DNA of 63,879 nucleotides, the filler included, from Octopus bimaculoides (Eukaryota), in assembly GCF_001194135.2 (NCBI RefSeq). It is 5 parts of 5 records of this genome, joined end to end, with 100 filler letters (N's around TTAATTAATTAA, not from the genome) between each part and the next. Parts side by side here need not be neighbours in the genome. Positions count along the whole stretch, not along the records: positions 42,269 to 62,725 come from NC_068988.1; positions 62,826 to 63,879 come from NC_068989.1; 3 more parts are not named here. One strand, written 5' to 3'. The notes beneath the pieces were generated by a model, which had not been told where the DNA came from, did no database searches, and was given only the letters and a program-made list of their open reading frames with translations. A program made the position numbers and the translations under genes. Of the stretch, positions 53,136 to 63,879 are shown piece by piece; positions within the stretch are counted from its first letter, which is position 1; the number at the start of each line of letters is the position of its first letter.

Positions 53136-53257
53136 AAAGGCTTACAGCACCTAGGTTTCCCAAGTGGTCACCCATCTAAGTACTCACTATGCTTAATGAT
53201 GCTTAACTTCGGTGATCGGATGAGAGCTGATGCTTTCAACGTGATATGGCCATAGTT
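53136..53257 (-). pseudogene. 5S: 5S rRNA pseudogene, full length
   Basis: Reverse complement reads ..CTATGGCCATATCACGTTGAAAGCA..TCCGATCACCGAAGTTAAGCA..AGTACTTAGATGGGTGACC..TGGGAA..GGTGCTGTAAGCCTTT, collinear with metazoan 5S. Confidence 0.9.
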
Positions 53258-53284
53258 GACCTTTATAGTTAACCTTTGTTTTTT

Positions 53285-53655
53285 TACCTTTTGCTTGTTT
53301 CAGCCATTAGACTGTGGCCATGCTGGAGCACCACCTCGAGGAATTTTTAGCCAAGTGAACTGAATTAACCCCAGTACTTTTTTTTTTGTAGTGTGGTACT
53401 TATTCTATCAGTCTCTATTGCCAAACCGCTAAGTTACTGGGACACAAACATACCAATACCAGTTGCCGAGTGATGGTGGTTGGGGAACAAATACAGACAC
53501 AAAAACACACATATACGACGGGCTTCTTTCAGTTTCCACCTACCAAATACACTCACAAGGCTTTGGTCAGTCCGAGGTTATAGTAGAAGACACTTGCCCA
53601 AACTGCCATGCAATAGGACTGAACCTGAAACCATTTGATTGGAAAACAAGCTTCT
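53285..53655 (-). mobile_element. SINE family A
   Basis: Tail, body and head in reverse orientation. Confidence 0.85.
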
Positions 53656-53667
53656 TAATTCTTTATT

Positions 53668-53922
53668 GCCCACAAGGGGCTAAACATAGAGGGGACAAAC
53701 AAGGACAGACAAAGGGATTAAGTCGATTACATCGACTCCAGTGTGTAACTGGTACTTAATTTATCGACCCCGAAAGGATGAAAGGTAAAGTCAACCTCGG
53801 CGGAATTTGAACTCAGAACGTAGTGACGGGTGAAATACCGCTAAGCATTTCGCCCGGTGTGCTAACGTTTCTGCCAGCTCGCCGTCGTCTGCCAGTTCGC
53901 CGTCTTCCGCCAGCTCGCCGTC
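53668..53922 (-). mobile_element. SINE family B, full length, with its 5' 18-mer tandemly amplified into the gap
   Basis: Matches 21700-21860; tctgccagctcgccgtcg occurs 3 times before the gap and once more after it (54251). Confidence 0.85.
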
Positions 53923-54547
53923 NNNNNNNNNNNNNNNNNNNNNNNNNNNNNNNNNNNNNNNNNNNNNNNNNNNNNNNNNNNNNNNNNNNNNNNNNNNNNN
54001 NNNNNNNNNNNNNNNNNNNNNNNNNNNNNNNNNNNNNNNNNNNNNNNNNNNNNNNNNNNNNNNNNNNNNNNNNNNNNNNNNNNNNNNNNNNNNNNNNNNN
54101 NNNNNNNNNNNNNNNNNNNNNNNNNNNNNNNNNNNNNNNNNNNNNNNNNNNNNNNNNNNNNNNNNNNNNNNNNNNNNNNNNNNNNNNNNNNNNNNNNNNN
54201 NNNNNNNNNNNNNNNNNNNNNNNNNNNNNNNNNNNNNNNNNNNNNNNNNNGTCTGCCAGCGACGTTTTTTATTTTACTACTTGATGATAAGCCATGTCTC
54301 ATGTGACCCATTTCTCGAAAAAGCTTGCCCATGCCTGATCTAGGATTACATTTTACAATGTGTCCCTCTGTTCCCTTTTATGAAGGAGGCAGGGTGTGTG
54401 ATTTAAAGGAATTTGGTTGCTATCTCTAGCTGATTGAACGACCATGCAGAAGCTTAAGGCTCACATGTTGTCAGTTTCCTGTACAGTGTTGTGAAGAGGG
54501 TGATGTGTAGAAAGTGTGTTGTATTGAGTTATTGTATACACCAACGA

Positions 54548-55830
54548 CTATCACCTCCACAGCCACCGCCACCATCATCACCACCACCACCACCACCGCA
54601 ACCACAACCACAATAACCACCACCACCACCATAACCACAATCACAACCACCACCACCACCACCAATAACAACACCNNNNNNNNNNNNNNNNNNNNNNNNN
54701 NNNNNNNNNNNNNNNNNNNNNNNNNNNNNNNNNNNNNNNNNNNNNNNNNNNNNNNNNNNNNNNNNNNNNNNNNNNNNNNNNNNNNNNNNNNNNNNNNNNN
54801 NNNNNNNNNNNNNNNNNNNNNNNNNNNNNNNNNNNNNNNNNNNNNNNNNNNNNNNNNNNNNNNNNNNNNNNNNNNNNNNNNNNNNNNNNNNNNNNNNNNN
54901 NNNNNNNNNNNNNNNNNNNNNNNNNNNNNNNNNNNNNNNNNNNNNNNNNNNNNNNNNNNNNNNNNNNNNNNNNNNNNNNNNNNNNNNNNNNNNNNNNNNN
55001 NNNNNNNNNNNNNNNNNNNNNNNNNNNNNNNNNNNNNNNNNNNNNNNNNNNNNNNNNNNNNNNNNNNNNNNNNNNNNNNNNNNNNNNNNNNNNNNNNNNN
55101 NNNNNNNNNNNNNNNNNNNNNNNNNNNNNNNNNNNNNNNNNNNNNNNNNNNNNNNNNNNNNNNNNNNNNNNNNNNNNNNNNNNNNNNNNNNNNNNNNNNN
55201 NNNNNNNNNNNNNNNNNNNNNNNNNNNNNNNNAATGAGAGGATCCTTTGTTTTTATCTGTTCCTTTGTTTGCAGAGACCCTTTGTCTCTTTCCATGCTAG
55301 AAATGGCAGTGGTAGTGGTGGTAGTAGTGGTGGTAGTAGTGGTGGTAGTAGTGGTGGTGGTAGTGGTTGTTGTTGTTGTTGTGGAGGTGGTGGTGGTGGT
55401 GATAATAGCGGTGGCAGTGATGATGGTGCTGGCTGTAGTAGTGGTGGTATTGGTGGTGATGGTAGTGGTGTTGGTGGTGGTGGTAGTGGTGGTGATGATG
55501 GTGCTGGCTGTAGTAGTGGTGGTATTGGTGGTGATGGTAGTGGTGTTGGTGTTGGTGGTGGTGGAGGTGGTTGTGATTGTGGTTGCGGTGGTGGTGATGG
55601 TGACAGTAGTGGTGGTAGTGATGATGTTAGCCAGTTGTAGTAGTGGCTGTAATGTTGGTATTGGTAGTAGTGGTGGTTCTTGTTGTGGAGGTTGTTGTGG
55701 TTGTGGTTGTAATGGTGGTACTGATTGTAGTAGTGGAGGAGGTTATGTTGTTGTTGTTGATGGCGGTGGCAGTTGTAGTAGTGGTTGTAGTGGTGGCAGT
55801 GATGGTGCTGATAACAATAATGATGATGGG
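54548..55830. repeat. (ACC)n and (GGT/AGT)n compound low-complexity tracts flanking a gap
   Basis: Direct reading. Confidence 0.9.
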
Positions 55831-55892
55831 ATTGAGTAGTATTCTTGTTTCTTAGATCTCATCACCCAAATCATCCTTGATCCAACAGTGTT

Positions 55893-57085
55893 CTCACTTT
55901 CAGCCACAGTGTATTCTTATGTTTCAGTTATAGTAGCCTTACCTCAAACTACACTACACAATATGTGTTGTCTATTCTAATCCTTTGCCTGTCCTGTGAT
56001 TCACATGTAAATCACAACATATTTCCATGATATCAGATATGACATATGTTCCCAAATAGGCTGAAACCATATGGTCTGGTGATCCTATTGTCTGCTAGAA
56101 GATGATATGGGTTCACTCCCCTGTTTGCAATATATTGGGTTGTCCAGAAAGTTCGTGCCGATTTTTAAAGGAAAGAAAAAGGTCAATAGATACTTGCCAT
56201 TACATTTTTAATCAACCAAATATGAACCATTTTGTTGCACAATGCGTCTCCATCTTTCCTTTAACTTGAGGTGGTTTCATGGTTTCCCAGAATTGAGGTG
56301 GCTTCATGGCAAATAAGTCGAAAGGTAAGCTACTATAAATCGGCATGAACTTTCCGGACAACCCAATATATTGGGTGCAGATTGCATCGATAGCCAGTTG
56401 AAGGAGGCTCCTCCTGGGGTTAAAAAAAGTAGTAATGTCGATCCCTACAGAACAGATATATTGATGAAGTGATAAACATTAATTCCTAATTTATTTTTTT
56501 CAACTACCAGACTAATTTGGGATTTATGAAAAGAAAGCTTTACATTACTCAGAACATATGAAATCATCATCATCATCGTCGTTTAATGTCTGCTTTCCAT
56601 GCTAGCATGGGTTGGACGAGAGACAGCAATGTTTAAATCGTAATTTTAAAGGAAGGAGTGAAATGAGCCAACTAAAAGTCTGAACACAAACATGGATGCT
56701 TAAGACAAACTTATGAAAATGCTTTGGGTAGGAAAATGGTTAAAATTGTTCCCACTTTCAGCCACATGGTGTATTCTTATTTTTCAGTCATAGACACCTA
56801 CCTCAAACTATACTACATGATATGTGTTGTCTATTTTAACCCTTTGCCTCCTGTCCTGTGTATCACATGAAAACCAAAGAACATATTTCCATAATGTACA
56901 TACATCAGATATGACACACATTCCCAATTCATGTTTTTCAACTACCAGAGTAATTTGAGATTAATGAAAAGAAAGCTTTATATTACTCAGAACGTATGAA
57001 ATGAACCAACTAAAACAAAGTGTGAAAACAAACATGGATGTTTAGGATAAACTTATGAAAATGCTTTTGGCAGGGAAATGGTTAA
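55893..57085 (+). repeat. Old tandem duplication of a ~330-bp unit; first copy interrupted by insertions
   Basis: cactttcagccac...ttcccaa and ttcaactaccaga...aaaatggtta occur twice (55893-56745; 56752-57085). Confidence 0.8.
56133..56368 (-). mobile_element. mariner-derived MITE
   Basis: TA TSD; TIR TATTGGGTTGTCC(A/G)GAAAGTTC; minus-strand RWRRIVQQNGSYLVD* matches the mariner transposase end. Confidence 0.88.
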
Positions 57086-57269
57086 GATTGTAAAGTGTTA
57101 TTTTTGTTTGGGAGACATTTGTCTGATATAGGTTGTATTCTATATAGAAAAGGTGTCTCCAGCCATCAGGCCATGGGTCATTTAGCGTCAGACTGCATAG
57201 AAACAATAAACTGCTAAACTTTATCTATTTTATTGACTATTGTAGTCTCCAGGATGTTTTTGCATTGCA

Positions 57270-57775
57270 TACGTATTGTATCTTTTGCTTGTTTCACTCA
57301 CTAGACTGCAGCCATGCTGGGAAACCACCTTAAAGAATTTTAGTTGAATAAATCAACCCCAGTTCTTAATATTCTTTTGTGGAGCCTGGTGTAGCCATCC
57401 GGTTGCACCAGTCCTCAGTCAAATCGTCCAGCCCATGCTAGCATGGAAAGCGGACGTTAAACGATGATGATGATGATGATGAAAGCCAGGTACTTATCCT
57501 ATCAGTCCCTTTTGCTGAACTTAACAGTTCAGCAAATGCGCCAACACAAGTTGTCAAGCTGTGGTGGGAGACAAACGCATACATAAAGACACACACACAC
57601 ACACACATATTTATATAGCAGGCTTCTTTCACTTTCCATCTGCCAACTCCACTCAAAAAGCTTTGGTTGGCTCAAGGCTATAGTAAAAGATACCTGCCCA
57701 TGTTTCCATGCAATGAGACTGAACCAGGAACCATGTGTTTTGAAAGCAAGCCTCTAACCATTCAGTCACACCTAC
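57270..57775 (-). mobile_element. SINE family A interrupted by a family D 3' fragment (57385-57482)
   Basis: D fragment ends ggaaagcggacgttaaacgatgatg; flanks agcctggt/agccaggt. Confidence 0.75.
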
Positions 57776-58221
57776 ATCTATGTATGTTTAATATCTATAT
57801 ATTATACTTGGACAGGTCCAGTGCATATGAACCTTCTCCAGCACTCTCTATATGATCTGGAAGGACCTGTTCCCTCCCCTGCTGCCTTTAGTAGATCTAT
57901 GACTACATGAATACTTGCAGGTGGAATTTGAACTCCGAATGTAGAGTACTAGAATTTATACCTTAAAGCATTTCTGTCAATGTGCCAATGATTCTGCCAT
58001 TCTCCCATCCACAGAGCAATGTGAAATGATGTATTTTCTTCAAGAACATAACACACTGCCCAGTCCAGGAATCAAACTCACAATCAAGCAAGCCTAAGTG
58101 CAACACCCTAAACACTTGGTCACTTTATTGTGCTTTGTTATGTTTGTGATCCCCTGTGGAAAAATTGTCTAGCATGAAACCAGTCTATGGTGCAAAAAAT
58201 GATTGAGAACTGCTGCTGTAG

Positions 58222-58475
58222 AGAAGGCACATGGCTCAGTGGTTAGACATTGGGCTCATAATCATGAGGTAATGAGTTCAATTTCTGGACTGGGTTGTTG
58301 TGATCTGAGCAAGCCACCTTATTTCACATTGTTCCAGTTGAGTCAGCTGTAGAAGTGGGTTGCGATGATTACTGGTCTTCCATAAACAACCTTGCCCAGA
58401 CTTGTGCCTTGGAGGGGAACTTTCAAGGTGCAATCCCATGGCCATTCATGACCAAAGGGGTTCATTACTCTTTTA
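58222..58475 (+). mobile_element. Additional tRNA-headed SINE
   Basis: A box TGGCTCAGTGG and B-box-like GAGTTCAATTTC. Confidence 0.65.
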
Positions 58476-58693
58476 CCCAGCTATTAGATCTCCCTCCCAA
58501 GTACCTTCCTCTTATGTCACTTTCCCACAGCTTTCGTGAAAGCTTCAAAGTTGTTGCTACTGTTAATTATAATAGAATATTCCTTCATGTTCATATATTT
58601 AGCTGTGATGCTAAATCGAACATTTAAATCCTTCTTTTCAGTCCAGATTTTACACTAAAAAGATTTAATATCTTGAAAAAGGGAGCTTTTGTA

Positions 58694-58895
58694 TGAGGGG
58701 GTACTGAAAAGTTCCTGACCTTAGGTAAAAAAAAATACAGGAGGGTCAGTTAATTATGATTTTATTCAGCATATTCCCCTCTCAGATTCACACACTTATT
58801 GCAGTGGTCTCTCAGTTTCTCTAAGCCCTGTAAAAGAACTCCAATCAAGCCTTTTGCGGTACCCTTAAAGCCAAGAACTTTTCAGCACACCATCA
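58694..58895. mobile_element. mariner-type MITE
   Basis: TA|TGAGGGGGTACTGAAAAGTTC...GAACTTTTCAGCACACCATCA|TA. Confidence 0.8.
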
Positions 58896-59622
58896 TATTA
58901 TGTTATTTCCCTCATCCTCTGCTATATTTTATGTTTCATCTTAAATTTTAACCTCAAATAAGTAATAGACATTTAAGTAAAATTAACAATCTTTGTGTGT
59001 TTCTGAATAGCTAACACATGTCTTCCACACTACAACCATTAAATATAAATTTATAAACTGAATTGTAAAGCTGTGTGTTTTGAAACAGTTATGTATAGAT
59101 ATACACCTCATTGCTGAATTTGAAAAAGGGGTTCACAACTGCAGGGCAACTGTCCTCTATGACTGTACTTATTATTTTTTTTCCTGTCCTAAACACAACT
59201 ATATAAAACCTGTTATGTTTACACATAGTGAACGTTTCCATCACTTTTCTTTGTGTCGATATGTATGTATGCATTCAATAAAAGAGGTTGTCTATATTTA
59301 TCCCAAGGCAGTCTTTCTTGCAGATGGCATTGTATATTGTTTTAGCAACAAATTTATACCACATTGGAAGGAAGTACCTTGATGACATATTTGGAGTAGC
59401 TGCTGTTCGCATGTATAACACCTTGCACAGAAATGTGATATAATTGACAGTTTCAATCACTTCTCTTTTGTTCATTATGTATATTATAGTCTATATGTTG
59501 TTCTTCGATTTCAAAAACACAAACTTCAAAATGTGATCTGATATAAAAAGTTTATGAGTCCACAAGAGAGGCTATACTTCACGGTAATGTGAGCATCATC
59601 CCCAACTGCATGGGAGACTGTA

Positions 59623-59653
<31 letters not shown>

Positions 59654-59681
59654 TAGATACATAAATATAATATAGATATGC

Positions 59682-59713
<32 letters not shown>

Positions 59714-59718
59714 ATAAA

Positions 59719-60549
59719 CTACATATGTGTGAAATTCTGTCTGTGGGTGTGTTTGTGGAGTTGTTAGCTAACTCCTCCTACACTGTTTTATCGATTTTGA
59801 TGAAACTTGACGCGTGAATAGAACTCATGTCTGGAAACCTCATGGCATAGTCAGATTGTTGAAAAAAAAAATCGATAATAGGGCCCCTGAAAGGGATCCT
59901 TATATATAGCCAAGGGAAATAACCCATTCATTTTCCTAAATTATTTGGTAAAAATGAAATTGAGTATGCTTAGCTCTTAGTATTTGAACTGTTAGAGTTA
60001 TTTTTGCAATTTATCCAGTACAACCCTTAAACAGGTGAATAGTATTTTCCTAAACAATAGATCCTCTTATTTCGGTTCGTGACTTATTCACGAATATACC
60101 AGTACTAGCGTACTGGGAACGCACAAAGGCCCTTTTCAGAGCTATTCACTTTGAATTTTTATTATCTCATGTTTGATTAGCCTGTTATTACATAACATGC
60201 TTCAGGATTTTCGTATACATGCCTTATTGGTATTTCTCCCTAAGTTCTATATACTCTGGGAACGCATTAAAGCCCTTTATGGGGCTACTTTATTTGAATT
60301 CTTACTATCAGATAAATAATTTCATGTTATTACATAACTGACTTCACAATTTGGATATTCATAACTTATTGGGAATTCCTAAAAACAAGATCCTGTGTAA
60401 GACAGTTTGGTATTCTCTGTAAATGCACGAAGTCCGTTTTAAGAGCTACATACTTTGTATTGTTGTTATTCGATTAGCGAAACAATTATGTGAATGGAAC
60501 CAAGGGATAAGCCCCACTTTTCCCGGGAATTACTGGGTACGTCAGCTAG
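59719..60549 (+). mobile_element. Non-autonomous Helitron-like element (5' boundary approximate)
   Basis: 3' hairpin cccgg-gaatta-ctggg 8 nt before CTAG|T; 5' part has tctgtctg and a ccgattttgatgaaactt-like motif. Confidence 0.6.
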
Positions 60550-60552
60550 TAT

Positions 60553-60843
60553 CATCATCATCATCATCATCATCGTTTAACGTCCGCTTTCCATGCTAGC
60601 ATAGGTTGGACAATTTGACTGAGGACTGGTGAAACCAGATGGCTACACCAGGCTCCAATCTGATTTGGCAGAGTTTCTACGGCTGGATGCCCTTCCTAAC
60701 GCCAACCACTCAGAGAGTGTAGTGGGTGCTTTTACGTGTCACCCACACGAAGGCCAGTCAGGCGGTACTGGCAATGGCCACGCTCAACATGGTGTATTTT
60801 ATGTGCCACCCGCACAAGAGCCAGTCCAGGGGCACTGGCAACG
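60553..60843 (-). mobile_element. Repeat family D copy
   Basis: (CAT)n tail followed by cgtttaacgtccgctttccatgctagc. Confidence 0.88.
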
Positions 60844-61006
60844 NNNNNNNNNNNNNNNNNNNNNNNNNNNNNNNNNNNNNNNNNNNNNNNNNNNNNNNNN
60901 NNNNNNNNNNNNNNNNNNNNNNNNNNNNNNNNNNNNNNNNNNNNNNNNNNNNNNNNNNNNNNNNNNNNNNNNNNNNNNNNNNNNNNNNNNNNNNNNNNNN
61001 NNNNNN

Positions 61007-61186
61007 GCAGCCATGCTGGAGCACCACCTTTAGTCGAACAAATCGACCCCAAAACTTATTCTTTGTAAGCCTAGTAATTATTCTATCAGTCTCTTTTGCC
61101 GAACCACTAAGTTACAGGAACATAAACACACCTGCATTGGTTGTCAAACGATGGTGTGGGGGACAAACACAGATGCACAAATACAC

Positions 61187-61240
<54 letters not shown>

Positions 61241-61345
61241 GAAGGGCTTCTTTCAGTTTCCGATACGAAATCCACTCACAAGGCTTTGGTCGGCTTGAGG
61301 CTATAGTAGAATCCACTTACCCGAGGTGCCACACAGTGGGACATT
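61007..61345 (-). mobile_element. SINE family A
   Basis: Tail and body in reverse orientation. Confidence 0.85.
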
Positions 61346-61538
61346 TGAACAGTTTTATGTATATATATATATATGTATGCTTATATATTATATTTATGTA
61401 TATATATATATGTGTGTGTGTGTGTGTATGTATGTATATATGTATATACATATGATATATGATATATATATATATATATATATATAGATAGATATATATA
61501 TATGTACATATATATATATTTACATACATACATGTATG

Positions 61539-61585
<47 letters not shown>

Positions 61586-62435
61586 TCATCATCAGAGAGA
61601 GAGAGAGATAGTTAGATACAAAGATAGATGAATAAATAAATAGATAGTTTTGGATGTATACTTACTCTTATATTCCGGAACACTTGCACTTGTGCATATA
61701 TATATTCAGTTACCCGCAATTCACCTGCAGATGCATATGTATTCAAACACACACACAAATAACGGAACAGTATCATCATGTTTATTTAACGTGTCTCCGC
61801 ATAATTATTTCACTTTCACACTTTTGCACCTCTTTCTCGTCTCTTTGTGACAGGAGATTAAAGTTTGGTGCAACTCATAGACAGATGGCACTGTCAGTTT
61901 GTATGTAATTTTCTCAAATTCAACAAGGAAAAGGGAAAAAAAAATGCTGCCTTATTTATTTTCTGTTATCAATTCTGACTACCAGCATTTAATGACTGTA
62001 TATTGCGTATTCTCCTTCTGTTTAAAATAGATACCACCTAAGCAAACAAGGGGGTATGTATTTAATTGATTTACAATGTTTGGTACTGCTGCTAATTCTT
62101 GCTGAAATAGGGACCACATGGTTGAGTAAGGAAGCTTATAAAATTGTAGATAGATTGACCTTACATATGTAACAGTCAAATCGCCATAAAATAACTCCCA
62201 GCTGTTTTCAAATAGAGGGGCATATAAGACATTGAAGGACTTTGCCATAGAGCTATTCAATATTGTTATAATCGATATTACAGCTGTATCTCTCATGAAA
62301 AACTGCCCCACTGTGTTTAAAAGAGCGATTACATGCGAGTGTGAAAAAGCTTCTAAGTATTAGCTTGACTAGTTTGATACACAGATATATTAAAGTAAAT
62401 GTATAAATGTGTGTGTATATATATATATTTCCATC

Positions 62436-62725
62436 ATGCCTGACTACAAATCTTTCCAACTCACTCTCCACAACCGCCTAAAACTATACCTCCGCACACT
62501 TCCCTCTCTATACTTTCAACCCACTATACGACTCTCCTTACTCATATTCAAGAAGACTCGTTTCTCTAGTCATATTACGTTTCTCAGTCGCTGCTTACAT
62601 CACCGCCTCATCCCTAAGGGTCTCCGCCTCCATTTCCACCCCACTCTCCACTCCTCTACCACCATTCTACCCATACTCCGCACCACATCCTACCGCCTTA
62701 TGCGGGCCACCATTCGCTCCAATCT
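62436..62725 (+). mobile_element. Penelope-like element ORF N-terminus (open until the gap)
   Basis: MPDYKS...HITFLSRCLHHRLIPKGLRLHF resembles the conserved H-x-x-FL-x-x-C...IPKGLR N-terminal motif of PLE ORFs; C-rich composition. Confidence 0.65.
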
Positions 62726-62825
62726 NNNNNNNNNNNNNNNNNNNNNNNNNNNNNNNNNNNNNNNNNNNNTTAATTAATTAANNNNNNNNNNNNNNNNNNN
62801 NNNNNNNNNNNNNNNNNNNNNNNNN

Positions 62826-63072
62826 CTTGTGCGGGTGGCACATAAAAGACACCATTTCGAGCCTGGCCGTTTTCGTGCGGGTGACACGTAAAAGCACCCA
62901 CTACACTCTCTGAGTGGTTGGCGTTAGGAAGGGCATCCAGCTGTAGAAACTCTGCCAAATCAGACTGGAGCCTGGTGTTGCCATCCGGTTTCACCAGTCC
63001 TCAGTCAAATCGTCCAACCCATGCTAGCATGGAAAGCGGACGTTAAACGATGATGATGATGATGATGATGAT
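62826..63072 (+). mobile_element. Repeat family D copy
   Basis: Ends gtccaacccatgctagcatggaaagcggacgttaaacgatgatgat. Confidence 0.88.
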
Positions 63073-63615
63073 ATAAAAATTACAATTTTGCTCTAGAGAA
63101 TTGGGTCTTCTAGGGCAATCAGGCTATTACAACATGGTTAGATTAAGTCAGTAAGAGAGCTTCTAGGTTTGGAAAATATGAGTAGGTTGATTTCTTAACA
63201 ATGAGCTTAAAACTGTTAGAATATAAAATGTCAACAGAAAACATATCTTTTTTGTATAGCAAATTAATTTAGATGTTTGCATATGCATTTGGGGTGTGGA
63301 GGCTATAACTCTACTGCCTTAGCTGTATTGCATAAGACAGTAAGTGCTCCAGAGGTTCTTCAGCATGATTTTAGATCAGTTTTATCACCTGGAAGCAAAA
63401 AGCAGTGAAATGAAAAGTACAGTTAGACATCAAACTGTGAGAAAACTGGTAACAAAAATCATCCCAATAAAGTTCACAAAACAGATAAGGAAAAGAACAA
63501 CCTTATCACACTGCATGTATTCTTGCACATGTGCACAAATATGTGTGCACACACACACACACACGTGTACACAAATTTTTATGAATTTGTAGTGACGCCT
63601 TAAATAGCAGACGAC

Positions 63616-63879
63616 TGTTATATGTTCAATGTCCGGAGTTTTATCCATGCATGCGCAGGGACTAGTTCCGGAAGGAATACAGGAAGAGTCTCATGCGCAT
63701 GCGTGGAGTTCGATATCCAAGCTTCACGCCCTTTTTCATTCTCTTTCTCGCCGGCCGGCAAAGGGCCCAGACGTACAAGCAGCCTCTCTCCAACCTTCCA
63801 ACTCTGGAGACAGCTCTTTCCAACATTCCAACTCTGGAGCTAGACAAATAACCACTCAACATCATTGACAGCGTCTCAG
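63616..63879 (+). mobile_element. Possible LTR (runs off window)
   Basis: Begins TGTTATA at an abrupt GC/CpG rise; contains a ~30-bp tandem duplicate at 63780-63840; partner LTR not visible. Confidence 0.4.

Noticed and set aside
59324-59445. KYLDDIFGV, similar to an RT YxDD motif
   Set aside because: No other RT motifs occur in any frame nearby
61979-62311. 110-aa minus-strand ORF with an internal GTAAGG donor
   Set aside because: It has no recognisable homology and a weak acceptor; not supportable without transcript data
21102-62781. TTAATTAATTAA 12-mer at 21102, 30274, 42213 and 62770
   Set aside because: It always sits alone between N runs, so it is a scaffolding/linker artefact and not biology

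Overview
AT-rich, microsatellite-dense eukaryotic scaffold with many N gaps. The repeat types suggest an octopus/coleoid cephalopod genome (inference, not a database match). Most of the window looks intronic or intergenic. No complete host gene can be supported, and almost all entries in the ORF track are microsatellite or gap artefacts. Well-supported content: (1) a 5'-truncated, decayed R4/Dong-clade non-LTR retrotransposon (RT plus restriction-like endonuclease) next to a (TAA)n tract; (2) a DNA-transposon cluster at 44.7-52 kb containing a hAT/Charlie derivative, an unclassified TIR element, a pogo remnant, a Merlin (IS1595-like) element with TIRs, TSD and a reconstructable transposase half, and a second Merlin-type MITE; (3) piggyBac-, mariner- and Helitron-like non-autonomous elements; (4) several tRNA-derived SINE families in many nested copies; (5) RTE and Penelope-like fragments; (6) a CpG-decayed 5S rRNA pseudogene. 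Less certain signals are a canonical 111-nt minus-strand exon beside an inverted duplication, a pre-miRNA-like hairpin, and a recursive-splice-like site. I found no convincing novel multi-gene system.
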